Counted from the first letter of the stretch, positions 51,882 through 61,357 are shown. The stretch is DNA of 64,000 nucleotides from Gemmatimonadota bacterium (GCA_040389905.1 JAZJZK010000041.1:18798-82797); one strand, 5' to 3'. The notes: generated from the sequence alone by a model not told the origin. Program-made: numbers and translations.

Positions 51882-53371
51882 GTCGTCGTGCACTAGCGCT
51901 CGTCCTGCTCTTGCCGGCGCTTGCCGAGGCGCAGACCGTTAGCGTTGGCGTCGGCGCCGAGCGCCGGTCGGCGGCGTTCATCACCGAGGCGAACTCGCAG
52001 CCGCATGTTGTGATCGCGGGTGAGGGACGCGTCGAATTTCCGCGCGACAGCACGATTACATCGACGCTCATCGTCATCGGTCGCCCGACCTATCTCTCCA
52101 GCAAGGTCGAAGGGAACGTCGTCGTCATAGGAGCCGACTTGTTCTTGCGACCCGGCTCTGCTATTCGCGGACACGCCGTCGCCATCGGCGGTACGGTTGC
52201 GGTGACGACGCTCGGCACCGTTGGCGGTCGGGTCGAGAGCTACCGCGACGATCAATACGAGGTGCGTCAGGTCGCAGGCGGGTACCTGTTCGACTACCGT
52301 GCGCCCCTGGTGGTCGCGTCCTCCGTTCCTCTTGTGCAGCCCGCTGGATTGATGGGTCTGCTCTTACCCTCGTACGACCGGGTGAATGGGCTCTCGCTGC
52401 CTGTCGGGGCCCTCTTCGCGTTGTCTGAGGGAAAGCTGGAGGCCACGCCGACGGTGACGTACCGCTCTCGGCTTGGTGCACTCGATCCCGGAGTACGCCT
52501 CCGCATCAACCCGGACGGCAAGCTTCGGCTCGACGGCACGGCCGGTTACGATACCCGAACCAACGAAGGCTGGAATTATGGCGACCTGGTCAATTCCGCG
52601 ACCACCTTTTTCGCCGGGAGTGACACGCGAAACTACTTCCGCGCGAAGGGCGGCGTTGCCCGCGTGATTGGCCGTCTTGAATCAGTCGGCCGGACGATCG
52701 AGCCATTTGCCGGCGGTCGCTTTGAACGCTTGAGCGCAATATCCGCCGGGTGCAATGTGTTCACCGTGACCGGGCGCAAATCGGTCGAAAAGGCCTGTCG
52801 TCCGAATCCAGCGGTTGATGCTGGCGACATCGGTTCGTTGCTCGCTGGAGCGCAGCTCTGGGACACGTCGGGCGTGGTCGTAAGTCGCGTGCGCGCGGAG
52901 TTGGAACGGAGTGTCACGAGCGTCATTGGCGCCTCGAATTTCACGCAGCTGACTTTTGACGGGCGCATCGGATTCCCCACCTTTGGAACGCAGTCGCTTC
53001 ACGTGCGCGGTCACGCAGTCGCCACTATGGGGGACAAGGTGCCGCTCGCGCGGTACGCGTATCTTGGCGGGAGCGGGACGCTGCCGGTCACCGAACTCCT
53101 TGAATTCGGGGGTACGCAACTTCTTTTCGTGGAGTCTCGGTACCTGATCCCGGTGCCAGCGGTGCAACTGCCTTTCGTGGGGTCTCCGATTCTCACGCTG
53201 CGACATATCCTTGGCGGAGCGGGAGTTGGATCGTTACCGAAGCTGGAGCAGGAGGTCGGCATCGGATTGGGGCTGAGCGCTTTGCGCATCGATCTCACGG
53301 TCGACGCCTCGCGCCATCGCGATAGCCGGCTGCTTGGGAAGCTCGGGTTCGGGATCTCGTTGACGAACTAA
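51878..53371 (+). CDS. Exported protein with a short beta-helix-like repeat region and a probable outer-membrane beta-barrel
   Basis: Signal peptide (LAEAQ); VEGNVVVIGADL/IRGHAVAIGGTV repeats; amphipathic strands after YDRVNGL. Confidence 0.6.
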   Translation: MSRRALALVLLLPALAEAQTVSVGVGAERRSAAFITEANSQPHVVIAGEGRVEFPRDSTITSTLIVIGRPTYLSSKVEGNVVVIGADLFLRPGSAIRGHAVAIGGTVAVTTLGTVGGRVESYRDDQYEVRQVAGGYLFDYRAPLVVASSVPLVQPAGLMGLLLPSYDRVNGLSLPVGALFALSEGKLEATPTVTYRSRLGALDPGVRLRINPDGKLRLDGTAGYDTRTNEGWNYGDLVNSATTFFAGSDTRNYFRAKGGVARVIGRLESVGRTIEPFAGGRFERLSAISAGCNVFTVTGRKSVEKACRPNPAVDAGDIGSLLAGAQLWDTSGVVVSRVRAELERSVTSVIGASNFTQLTFDGRIGFPTFGTQSLHVRGHAVATMGDKVPLARYAYLGGSGTLPVTELLEFGGTQLLFVESRYLIPVPAVQLPFVGSPILTLRHILGGAGVGSLPKLEQEVGIGLGLSALRIDLTVDASRHRDSRLLGKLGFGISLTN

Positions 53372-53761
53372 GCAACTTAAGCAACTTCATATTTCACAGA
53401 GGGCGCAGGCTCGACAGCTGCTTATCTCACCGACACGGCGCCGGAGCGCGCTTGCCGCCGGCTCACTCCTGCCGACGACTGGACCCCGCCACTTCCGCTG
53501 AAAGCAACTGTGCCGTCAGTCGCGTAACCCGTGGCCGTGCATCGCGGTGCGGATTGGAAATCACACCGTGCACATACGCGGTTTGGAGCGCCTCCCCTCG
53601 CCGTTCTCGACAGCATTGAGCTGCGCGCAGGGAGACACGAACCATGAGTAGCGGTCTGAGCATTAGGGTGCCATTGGATGATTCGTTTGTGATTGATTTG
53701 TGTCTTGCGAAGACATTTTACAAGTTGTAGCGTTGGGTCGTCACCTTCAGCCAGGACAACC

Positions 53762-54007
53762 ATGCGTTACAAACGGTTAATCGCTCGTGCCGCTCTTGTC
53801 GTCGGACTGGGAGCAGTCGCATTGGTGACGGATAAGCCCGTTGCCGCCGCGACTCCCATGAAGTGTTCGACGGCAACGTATTGCGATTGGAGTTGTACGA
53901 ATCCTTGCTCAGGTGGCGGTGTTTGCATTAAGTCCTGCAGGCCGGAAGCGTGCTGGTTCGAAGGTACGCAGTACTCGATTAGGATTTATTGCGATGGGGT
54001 GTCGTGA
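53762..54007 (+). CDS. Secreted cysteine-rich peptide (81 aa, 8 Cys)
   Basis: AGGA RBS before the ATG; Sec signal MRYKR-hydrophobic-PVAAA; mature part C-x5-C-x3-C-x3-C-x5-C-x3-C-x4-C-x12-C. Confidence 0.75.
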   Translation: MRYKRLIARAALVVGLGAVALVTDKPVAAATPMKCSTATYCDWSCTNPCSGGGVCIKSCRPEACWFEGTQYSIRIYCDGVS

Positions 54008-54086
54008 CGTGAGGGGCATGTTGTTTGTGGAAGGCGGCGCGCCAAGGAAGGCTGAATGTCGGAGAGCTGCTCGCTCTTGGCGCGCC

Positions 54087-54461
54087 GTGAGTTATCGTGC
54101 TCTGTTGTTTTCCTCGATCCTAATCCTGGCGATGCCGCGCAACGCCGCCGGCCAAGGGGGGGGGCGTGAGGATACAATGGCGGACTCGAGCTGGGTATCC
54201 GAGCGAATATTGAAGGTCAGCTTTGCCGGGATTAAGCTTTCACCCGATGAGGAGAAGGCCGCTCGGGGGGTCATTCGAAGGATATTCGTTGCGCTCATGT
54301 CATTACCGCGCAATTTGGAGTACGGGTCTCCTAAGATCGTCGCGTTGTGCGAGCAGCGCGATGCGGCGCTCCTTCAGCTGGTGCACTCGCGGGCAGACAG
54401 TGTCCGATACCTCGACAACTCGGAGATATTCTGTGGCCCGAGAAAATCATCGCGGCGATAG
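54087..54461 (+). CDS. Small exported helical protein, Spy/CpxP-like
   Basis: GTG start; signal peptide YRALLFSSILILAMPRNAAG|Q; FAGIKLSPDEEKAAR...RDAALLQL resembles LTxxQ helical-hairpin proteins; two Cys. Confidence 0.55.
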   Translation: MSYRALLFSSILILAMPRNAAGQGGGREDTMADSSWVSERILKVSFAGIKLSPDEEKAARGVIRRIFVALMSLPRNLEYGSPKIVALCEQRDAALLQLVHSRADSVRYLDNSEIFCGPRKSSRR

Positions 54462-54536
54462 TATCCGGGAATGTCGTGGTGCGTTGCGCCTGCCATCTTC
54501 CGTTAGCACGTGTCTTGATCCTCTTAGGCGACTCCC

Positions 54537-55232
54537 ATGAAAGATCGCTTCGAGCGCATAGTCTCCCTGTTGCTGACGGTGGCCGCAGTTGGAATCGCCG
54601 TGGGGCTCGTGCATCGCGAGTTCTTTTCCGCTCCCCCGGCAGTCGTCGCACGTCCGGCGCTGCCAGCATGGGAGGAAGATTGGAAAAGCATGATTTCTGC
54701 TGGTGAACGGTCTGGAGATCCCGGCGCACCAGTGACGATCATCGAGTTTTCTGATCTGGAGTGTCCCTTCTGCGCGATCTTTCACAAAAGCTTGAGAGAG
54801 CTCATTGCGGAGAATCCCAAGCGGATTGTCGCGTACTTCGTGCATTTGCCCGCACCCAGTCACCGGTTTGCCATGCCTGCTGCGCGGGTGGCTGAGTGTG
54901 CGCGCGCTCGGGGCCACTTTCACCCGTTGGTGGACGAAGTGTTTGCGCGTCAGGACTCCATCGGGCTGCGCAGCTGGAATTCGTTCGCTCGCGCCGCCGC
55001 GATTGCCGACACGACCGGCTTTGACGCTTGTGCTCGTGACACGAGCGATGTACCTCGCATTGTGGCCGGGCTGTCGATGGGTCAGCGTTTTCGCGTAAAC
55101 GCCACGCCGACGATCATCATCAATGGCTGGCGCGTCGAGGGTGCACTGTCGAAGTCGGAACTCTCGAAAATGATTGATGCTATCACGAGTGCAAAGGCAC
55201 CCTATTCCGACGCGCAGAAGGCCATCCTTTAG
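54537..55232 (+). CDS. Membrane-anchored DsbA/BdbD-family thiol-disulfide oxidoreductase
   Basis: N-terminal TM; GDPGAPVTIIEFSDLECPFC; cis-Pro loop VNATPTIIING. Confidence 0.9.
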   Translation: MKDRFERIVSLLLTVAAVGIAVGLVHREFFSAPPAVVARPALPAWEEDWKSMISAGERSGDPGAPVTIIEFSDLECPFCAIFHKSLRELIAENPKRIVAYFVHLPAPSHRFAMPAARVAECARARGHFHPLVDEVFARQDSIGLRSWNSFARAAAIADTTGFDACARDTSDVPRIVAGLSMGQRFRVNATPTIIINGWRVEGALSKSELSKMIDAITSAKAPYSDAQKAIL

Positions 55233-55257
55233 GTGGGTTCTGGTGTCGCTCCCCTCG

Positions 55258-58200
55258 ATGGTGTTAGCGACCCTCGCGTGTGCTTTGTGCCTGCCTGTGG
55301 TGCTTCTTGGCCAGACGCTTGTGCTGCGCGGCCGCATTACGGGGAGTGATTCGGTGGCGCTGTCTGGCGCGTCGATCAGCGCTACGAACTCGGTTGGGCA
55401 CTTGGTCGCGACACGCTCGCAACAGAATGGGGACTATCGCATCGCCCTCGACGGCCGCGACACCATTTATGTGCTGACAGTTACGGCGCTGGGGTACGCA
55501 CCGGGCAAACGCGTACTTCGCATCTCCGCACCCCGCCCGGACCAAGTCATCGCCGATTTCACGCTGACGAGCGCATTGGCGACCCTTGAACCGGTCATCA
55601 CGGTCGCTACCCGCCCACGCCCGCCTCGTGACGAGGACGGATTGTTTCGAACGCCTGGGCAAACGCGTTATGAGGTCGACGTCTCGAGTGGAGTTGCGGG
55701 TAGCCTGACTGGAGATCTTTTCGCTGCGCTTGGGATGGTGCCCGGTCTCGTGCGCACGCCGAGTGGAAGCGGAGCAATCGCGCTCTCTGCCTTCGGACTG
55801 TCGGCCGAGCAGAACGGGCTCACGCTCAACGGAACGGCCTTTCCCGGTTTCAGCCTTCCTCGAGATGGTCTGTTTCATCAGGTACGACTATCGACATATG
55901 ATCCAAAGTACGGCCGCTACGCAGGCATTCAGGTTGCGTCCTCACTACCATGCGGCTGTTTGGATCCGACTCGCAGGGTGCGCGTTTCAGCGGACGGTGT
56001 GCGGTGGCACCAGCCGGGCGACCAGGGTTTCGGTTCGCGCGTACTCAGCGGTGTTGTATCGGGAGAGATTCGGGCGGAGCGGTCCTTCTATTCCGTGGCC
56101 TATCAAGTCACGGACCATCGCGCTGTGACTCCCACAGCCTTCTCTCTCGACGCGCGATCTCTTGGAGCGCTTGGCATCAGCTCCGATTCGATTGCGCGCG
56201 CGCGAAGCCTCGCGGCGTTACTCGGGCTACCAGCGGGCTCTGCGAGGCCGGTCGACGCTGGCACAACGACGGGATCTTTGCTTGTGAGGGTGGACCTGAC
56301 TCCCGGACCGGTGCCTGCAGTAAACGCGATGCAACCGACGGCCTACGTCCTCGCGGCAGCGGCGCTTTCTCGCTCGGCCAGGCCCGGTGCCAGTTTGCCG
56401 TCCTCGTCGCTGCAGAGCGGCGAGTACTCGCGGCGCGACGCTCAGCTGCTGCTTGTATTTGCCCCGTACTTGCTCGACGCCTTGAATGAAACGAAGGCTA
56501 GCCTGTCGATCTCGCGAACCGACGGCAGGCCAAATTCACCTCTGCCTCGCATAGAAGTCCAAATCCCGTCTGGGCTCGGCGCGTCCGTAGCGGCGCCCGT
56601 TACCATAGTTCAGCTTGCCGGAGGTGGTCAGGCGAGAACCTCGGAAGAGAGTTCGGCTCTGCAGGTCACCAACGAGACATCGTGGATGACGCGTGATGGC
56701 GGCCACAAGTTCCAGATCTTCGGTGACGTGGTCGCTACGAGCTTCTCGAGCCGTACCACGGCGAGTTCCGCCGGGCGCTACCTGTTTACCTCGCTCGCCG
56801 ACCTGGAGAGTGGGCGGCCATCCCTGTTTTCGCGGACGATGGGCGAAGCCAGCGTGCGCGGCTCTCTAATTCAGGGAGTAGTCGCGATCAGCGACATCGT
56901 GAAGACGAACAACACTGCGAAAGCACAGGAGGGTGCGCGCGGCGAGGATTTCACGCTTCAATTTGGCGCCCGAATCGAAGCCGAGCGGTTCGGCGATACG
57001 GCTCGGCTGTCGCCGGCCATTCAGTCAGCCTTTGGCGTCGGGGATGGTTCACTGCCTCTCTCAATCTCAATCTCGCCCATGCTCGGCTTCACTTGGACGA
57101 AGGGGTACTATCAGGAGGACGTTCCGGGAGGTGGATGGTTTACCGCAAATCGTCACTACGTGACAGGAGGGATCAGGGCGTATCGAGGCGCGGTCTCTGT
57201 TCAGACGTACTCGCACGCGCGACAGCAGACAGGTGAGGCCGCATCGCCGAGCACACTCCAATGCATCGGGGTTAGCGCGCCTGTCCCGGACTGGTCTTCA
57301 ATCGTGGACCCGCGAGTCCCAGCACCGAGCGACTGCGTCCAGGAAGTAGGCGGCACCTTCCCGCGCGCACTATCCTCCGTGACATTGTTCGCGCGAGATT
57401 TCAATCCGCAGCGCAGCTGGCGTTCGGAGTTGAATTGGCGATATCGCGCGTCAGGCAGGGTGTATCTGACGGCTGCCGGCAGCTACGCGCTGAGTCTCGG
57501 GGGCATCCAGTCGTATGATTTGAATTTCGACGGCACCCCGAAAGCACACCTCGGTTGGGAAAAGGACCGCGAGTTATATGTCTACCCCGAGTCCATCGAT
57601 CCGCAATCCGGAATGCTTTCATATGGCGGTTCGCGAGCGCTGAACGGTTTCGGTGCGGTTTCCGAACTACGCTCCGATCTCAGGTCCGAGCAGTATCAGA
57701 CGACCATCGGGGTCGAGTACCAGATCGGCCGGTCCGTCGGAACCAACGCAGAATCCCCGGACCGGAATCGCTTTACAGGGACGTTCCGAGGCAATTACAC
57801 ACTGGCGGGCGGCCGGGCGCAGTCGACTGGCTTTTCCGCATCGACCGCCGGTAATCCGCGGCAAATGGAGTGGAGTCGCAGCTCACAACCGCGGCACACT
57901 TTACAGGCAGTGCTGACCGGACAGCTCGACGGCTGGTTTGCACTTGGCGCTTCCGCGCGCTGGGCTTCGGGCATGCGCTACACACCAATCGTTTCCACAG
58001 ATGTTAACGGCGATGGCTTCGCGAATGACCGAGCTTTCGTAGCGGATCCCGCGGCGGATTTGGACACGACGCTAGCTGGCGGAATGCGCGCGCTGCTGGC
58101 GCGCGCGCCAGCGTCCGCGCGCGAGTGCTTGAGCCGCCAGGTTGGAAAAATCTCCGGTGACAACTCATGTGTGGGGCCCGGAAGCGTGACGCTTGGTACA

Positions 58201-58974
58201 ATCTCGGTCGAGCTGGACTCATATCGCATTGGGTTGGGGAACCGTGGAAGCCTGACGCTTTATCTGGAGAATCTCCCTAGTGCGGTCGACCAAATCCTGC
58301 ATGGTGCGAGGGAGCTGCGCGGCTGGGGGCAGGGAGCCTATCCCGACCCGGCCCTGCTACACGTGAGAGGCTTTTCTCCGTCCGAAATGCGCTTTCGGTA
58401 TCTCGTCAACCCATCGTTTGGCTCGACGACCGCCGAGCGCTTCCTGTACCGCGCGCCCGCCAGACTAACGGTTGACGTTCGCTTCGATATAGGGCAGGAC
58501 GCCGAGACGCGCGGCATCGAAGAAAGCGTCAGGCTCGCAAAACAGGCCGATTTCAATGCCGACTCGGTTCAGCTGGGGAAGTTTCTGATGCGACTAGCCC
58601 AGCCGAGGCTTTCCAGTGACATGTGGGCAATTCTCAGGGTCAAGGATTCGATTGCGCTGACCGCCGATCAGGCGGACCGCATCGAAAGCGTGCAGCAATG
58701 GTACAAGCAGACATCCGATTCGGTGTACCGAAGCCTCGGCAACTTCCTATTCAGCCGGCAGGGCAGATATGGAGGAGAAGGGGTGCGCGCACGATGGCAT
58801 GAGGCGATTAGCGTCTCGGTGCGCGCGGGCGTGGCCGCGAGCGAGAGCGCCCGGGAAATTCTAACAGCTGAGCAATTGTCCTGGCTTCGCTCTCGAAAGA
58901 TCGCCCGAGGGCTGTTTTTCTCGCGCGAGTGGCTGGAACGAACCCTGAGGGGCCCCCTCACGCTTCCGCGATAG
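55258..58974 (+). CDS. Large outer-membrane receptor-like protein (carboxypeptidase-regulatory-like N-domain, plug-like region, beta-barrel, C-terminal LTxxQ helical domain)
   Basis: Signal peptide; LRGRITGSD...YVLTVTALGYAP; GLSAEQNGLTLNG; YTPIVSTDVNGDGFANDRAFV; tail LTADQ...ILTAEQ; start approximate. Confidence 0.75.
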   Translation: MVLATLACALCLPVVLLGQTLVLRGRITGSDSVALSGASISATNSVGHLVATRSQQNGDYRIALDGRDTIYVLTVTALGYAPGKRVLRISAPRPDQVIADFTLTSALATLEPVITVATRPRPPRDEDGLFRTPGQTRYEVDVSSGVAGSLTGDLFAALGMVPGLVRTPSGSGAIALSAFGLSAEQNGLTLNGTAFPGFSLPRDGLFHQVRLSTYDPKYGRYAGIQVASSLPCGCLDPTRRVRVSADGVRWHQPGDQGFGSRVLSGVVSGEIRAERSFYSVAYQVTDHRAVTPTAFSLDARSLGALGISSDSIARARSLAALLGLPAGSARPVDAGTTTGSLLVRVDLTPGPVPAVNAMQPTAYVLAAAALSRSARPGASLPSSSLQSGEYSRRDAQLLLVFAPYLLDALNETKASLSISRTDGRPNSPLPRIEVQIPSGLGASVAAPVTIVQLAGGGQARTSEESSALQVTNETSWMTRDGGHKFQIFGDVVATSFSSRTTASSAGRYLFTSLADLESGRPSLFSRTMGEASVRGSLIQGVVAISDIVKTNNTAKAQEGARGEDFTLQFGARIEAERFGDTARLSPAIQSAFGVGDGSLPLSISISPMLGFTWTKGYYQEDVPGGGWFTANRHYVTGGIRAYRGAVSVQTYSHARQQTGEAASPSTLQCIGVSAPVPDWSSIVDPRVPAPSDCVQEVGGTFPRALSSVTLFARDFNPQRSWRSELNWRYRASGRVYLTAAGSYALSLGGIQSYDLNFDGTPKAHLGWEKDRELYVYPESIDPQSGMLSYGGSRALNGFGAVSELRSDLRSEQYQTTIGVEYQIGRSVGTNAESPDRNRFTGTFRGNYTLAGGRAQSTGFSASTAGNPRQMEWSRSSQPRHTLQAVLTGQLDGWFALGASARWASGMRYTPIVSTDVNGDGFANDRAFVADPAADLDTTLAGGMRALLARAPASARECLSRQVGKISGDNSCVGPGSVTLGTISVELDSYRIGLGNRGSLTLYLENLPSAVDQILHGARELRGWGQGAYPDPALLHVRGFSPSEMRFRYLVNPSFGSTTAERFLYRAPARLTVDVRFDIGQDAETRGIEESVRLAKQADFNADSVQLGKFLMRLAQPRLSSDMWAILRVKDSIALTADQADRIESVQQWYKQTSDSVYRSLGNFLFSRQGRYGGEGVRARWHEAISVSVRAGVAASESAREILTAEQLSWLRSRKIARGLFFSREWLERTLRGPLTLPR

Positions 58975-59386
58975 CCGATCCGAGCGCGGCTTCCGTATTG
59001 ACATCTGAATGGTCGGGCTGGACGTTTTGGGATGTCGCGAATCCGCTTCGTCGAAAGGTTTAATACGCCGAGGTCGGTGCAAATTTTCGCACTGCTCGCG
59101 GTTTTGCGCGCGACGCCCGGGTTGGGGCAAGATCCTTTCGGGGGAGCGGGGATCGGTGTGACAGGTGCAGTTGCACTGGCGAACCCCGATCTGTACAAGC
59201 CAGGGACGATGGATTCTGCTGGCGTTCGCATGCCTTCCGCGCGCGCCACTCGGCGCCAGCCACGTCCGCCGTTGGTTGTCGACGAGAGCGACGCGCTGAC
59301 GCGTGCGGGCCTTGCGGCGACAGCTCTACTGATCATCGGTCTTGGCGTTCTGGCTCGTCTCAGCAGCGATCGCGGCGCCGAACAAC

Positions 59387-59415
59387 TTGACCCTCCCCGG
59401 GCCACCCTGTACGTT
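59387..59415 (+). promoter_or_regulatory. Sigma70 promoter of rimP-nusA-infB
   Basis: TTGACC - 17 bp - TACGTT. Confidence 0.6.
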
Positions 59416-59445
59416 GTCAGGGTGGTCCCGTAAAACGGGCCGCGG

Positions 59446-59474
59446 AATGTGGGGGATGCTCCCCACATTTTTTT
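59446..59474 (+). terminator. Terminator-like hairpin in the rimP leader (possible attenuator)
   Basis: aatgtgggg-gatgct-ccccacatt running into a T tract, 26 nt before the rimP ATG. Confidence 0.7.
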
Positions 59475-59500
59475 ATTGCCGGACGTGCCCTAGAGACAAC

Positions 59501-59959
59501 ATGAACGAATCGCTGGAACGTGTTGTCGCGCAAGGACTTGATGAGGTTGAGTACGATCTCGTCGAACTTCGCCAGGGAGGCACGCGCTCTCGGCCGGTGC
59601 TCGAAATCCGCATCGACCGGCGCGATGGTCAGAAGGTGACCGTCGACGACTGCGCGCGCGCCTCGCGTGCGCTGGAGGCGCGGTTGGACGGCGGCAGTCT
59701 CGTGTCAGATCGGTATGTGTTGCAGGTGTCGTCCCCTGGTGAGCGTCCGCTGCGGACGCCCCCCGAGTGGCGACGTTTCGTCGGTCGTTGGGCCAATGTC
59801 CTGGCGCCCGACTTCGGTGGCCGCTTCGAGGCCGAAATTGTTCACGTGGACGAAGAGGCTGATGGTGGTGCGGTCACGCTCCGTCCGGAGCGTGGCGGCG
59901 AAAAAAAGATTCCGCTCGCCGCCATCAAGGAGGCGAGGCTGGCGTTCCGCATGTCTTAG
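59501..59959 (+). CDS. rimP: Ribosome maturation factor RimP
   Basis: YDLVEL, VTVDDCARASR, YVLQVSSPG; lies before nusA. Confidence 0.93.
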   Translation: MNESLERVVAQGLDEVEYDLVELRQGGTRSRPVLEIRIDRRDGQKVTVDDCARASRALEARLDGGSLVSDRYVLQVSSPGERPLRTPPEWRRFVGRWANVLAPDFGGRFEAEIVHVDEEADGGAVTLRPERGGEKKIPLAAIKEARLAFRMS

Positions 59960-60010
59960 ACGGGTCACGGGTCGTCGGCTAAACGACGATCCTTCTCAGC
60001 GAGGTCTTTG

Positions 60011-61357
60011 ATGGTCAGTTCCGCAGAGATGTTGGCGGCGTTCCGTGAATTGTCGAATTCGAAGCAGCTCGACCGCACGGAGCTCTACGGGCTACTGCAG
60101 GACGGCTTCATGGCCGCGCTCGCCAAGAAATACGGTCCCACCGTGCAGGCAGAAGTCGAGATCGACGACGCCAAGGGTGAGATCAAGATCACGGTTCTCA
60201 AGACCGTCGTCCTGAACGTCGAAGATCCGGCCCGCGAGATTGCCCTCGAAGAGGCCAAGCTCTTCGACGAAGGCTTTGAGCCCGGCGACGTCATGGAAGA
60301 GCCGCTCGACTTTACCGTCTTTGGCCGCGCCGCCATTCAGGCCGCCAAGCAGCGCATCATCCAGCGCGTCCGCGAAGGCGAGCGCACCAAGATTCGCGAC
60401 GAATTCGCCTCCCGCGTCGGCGATCTCCTCTCCGGCGAAATCCAGCAGATCGAGCGCGGCAAGCTGGTCGTCATGCTCAATAAGTTCCGCGAGGCGGAAG
60501 CCATCATCCCCTATCGCGAGCAGAATCATCGCGAGCACTTCCATCAGGGTGAGCCCATCCGCGCGGTGCTCAAGCGCGTCGAGGAAACGCCGAAGGGCCC
60601 GCGACTCATCCTGAGTCGTGCCGATGGACTATTCGTCAAGGCGTTGTTCAAGCTCGAGGTCCCCGAGATCCAGCAGAACATCGTCGAAATCCGGGCGACG
60701 GCCCGCGAAGTGGGCAGTCGTACGAAGATCGCCGTCTTCTCGCGCGACGACAGTATCGATCCCGTCGGCGCATGCGTTGGGCTCAAGGGGTCGCGCGTGC
60801 AGACCGTCGTCAACGAGCTTGGCGGCGAGCGCATCGACATTGTGCCCTGGTCATCCGACCCCGAGCGCTTCGCCAAGCTCGCGCTCGCGCCGGCCAAGGT
60901 CGCGCGCGTCTTCAGCGATGCGGTGAGCAAGACGATTCAGGCCGTCGTCGATGAAGACCAGCTCTCACTCGCGATCGGCCGAAACGGGCAGAACGTGCGC
61001 CTCGCGTCCGAACTGACTGGTTGGAAGATCGACCTCTATTCGAGCCGCGAATGGCTCGAGAAGGGCGGCGCGGAGCAGATCTTTGCGCCGCTACCTGGTG
61101 AGATCGAGAGCGAAGAGGCGGCCGACGTCGCGCTGTCGGAGTTGGCGGGCATGAACCCGGCGACGGTTGCCGTCTTGAACGAAGCTGGTTACCGCACGTT
61201 GAACGATATCATCGATCTGGAGCGCGACGACTTCCTTCGTCTGGCCGGAATCGCGCCGCAGGAAGCAGATCGCATCATTGCGTTCCTCGACGAGTTGACG
61301 ACGGATGAAGGTGCAGGGGACGACGGAAAGACGGCGTCGGGCGGACAACCCGAGTGA
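60011..61357 (+). CDS. nusA: Transcription termination factor NusA
   Basis: FGRAAIQAAKQ, EVPEI, DPVGACVGLKGSRV, LSLAIGRNGQNVRLA. Confidence 0.97.
   Translation: MVSSAEMLAAFRELSNSKQLDRTELYGLLQDGFMAALAKKYGPTVQAEVEIDDAKGEIKITVLKTVVLNVEDPAREIALEEAKLFDEGFEPGDVMEEPLDFTVFGRAAIQAAKQRIIQRVREGERTKIRDEFASRVGDLLSGEIQQIERGKLVVMLNKFREAEAIIPYREQNHREHFHQGEPIRAVLKRVEETPKGPRLILSRADGLFVKALFKLEVPEIQQNIVEIRATAREVGSRTKIAVFSRDDSIDPVGACVGLKGSRVQTVVNELGGERIDIVPWSSDPERFAKLALAPAKVARVFSDAVSKTIQAVVDEDQLSLAIGRNGQNVRLASELTGWKIDLYSSREWLEKGGAEQIFAPLPGEIESEEAADVALSELAGMNPATVAVLNEAGYRTLNDIIDLERDDFLRLAGIAPQEADRIIAFLDELTTDEGAGDDGKTASGGQPE

Noticed and set aside
53366..53388. Short direct repeat taagcaact x2 at the left island edge as a target-site duplication
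   Set aside because: No matching copy seen at the right edge near 58975-59400
59032..59433. 133-aa ORF upstream of rimP
   Set aside because: No recognisable motif and it overlaps the predicted rimP promoter; the single hydrophobic stretch is too weak to call, though a small gene is not excluded
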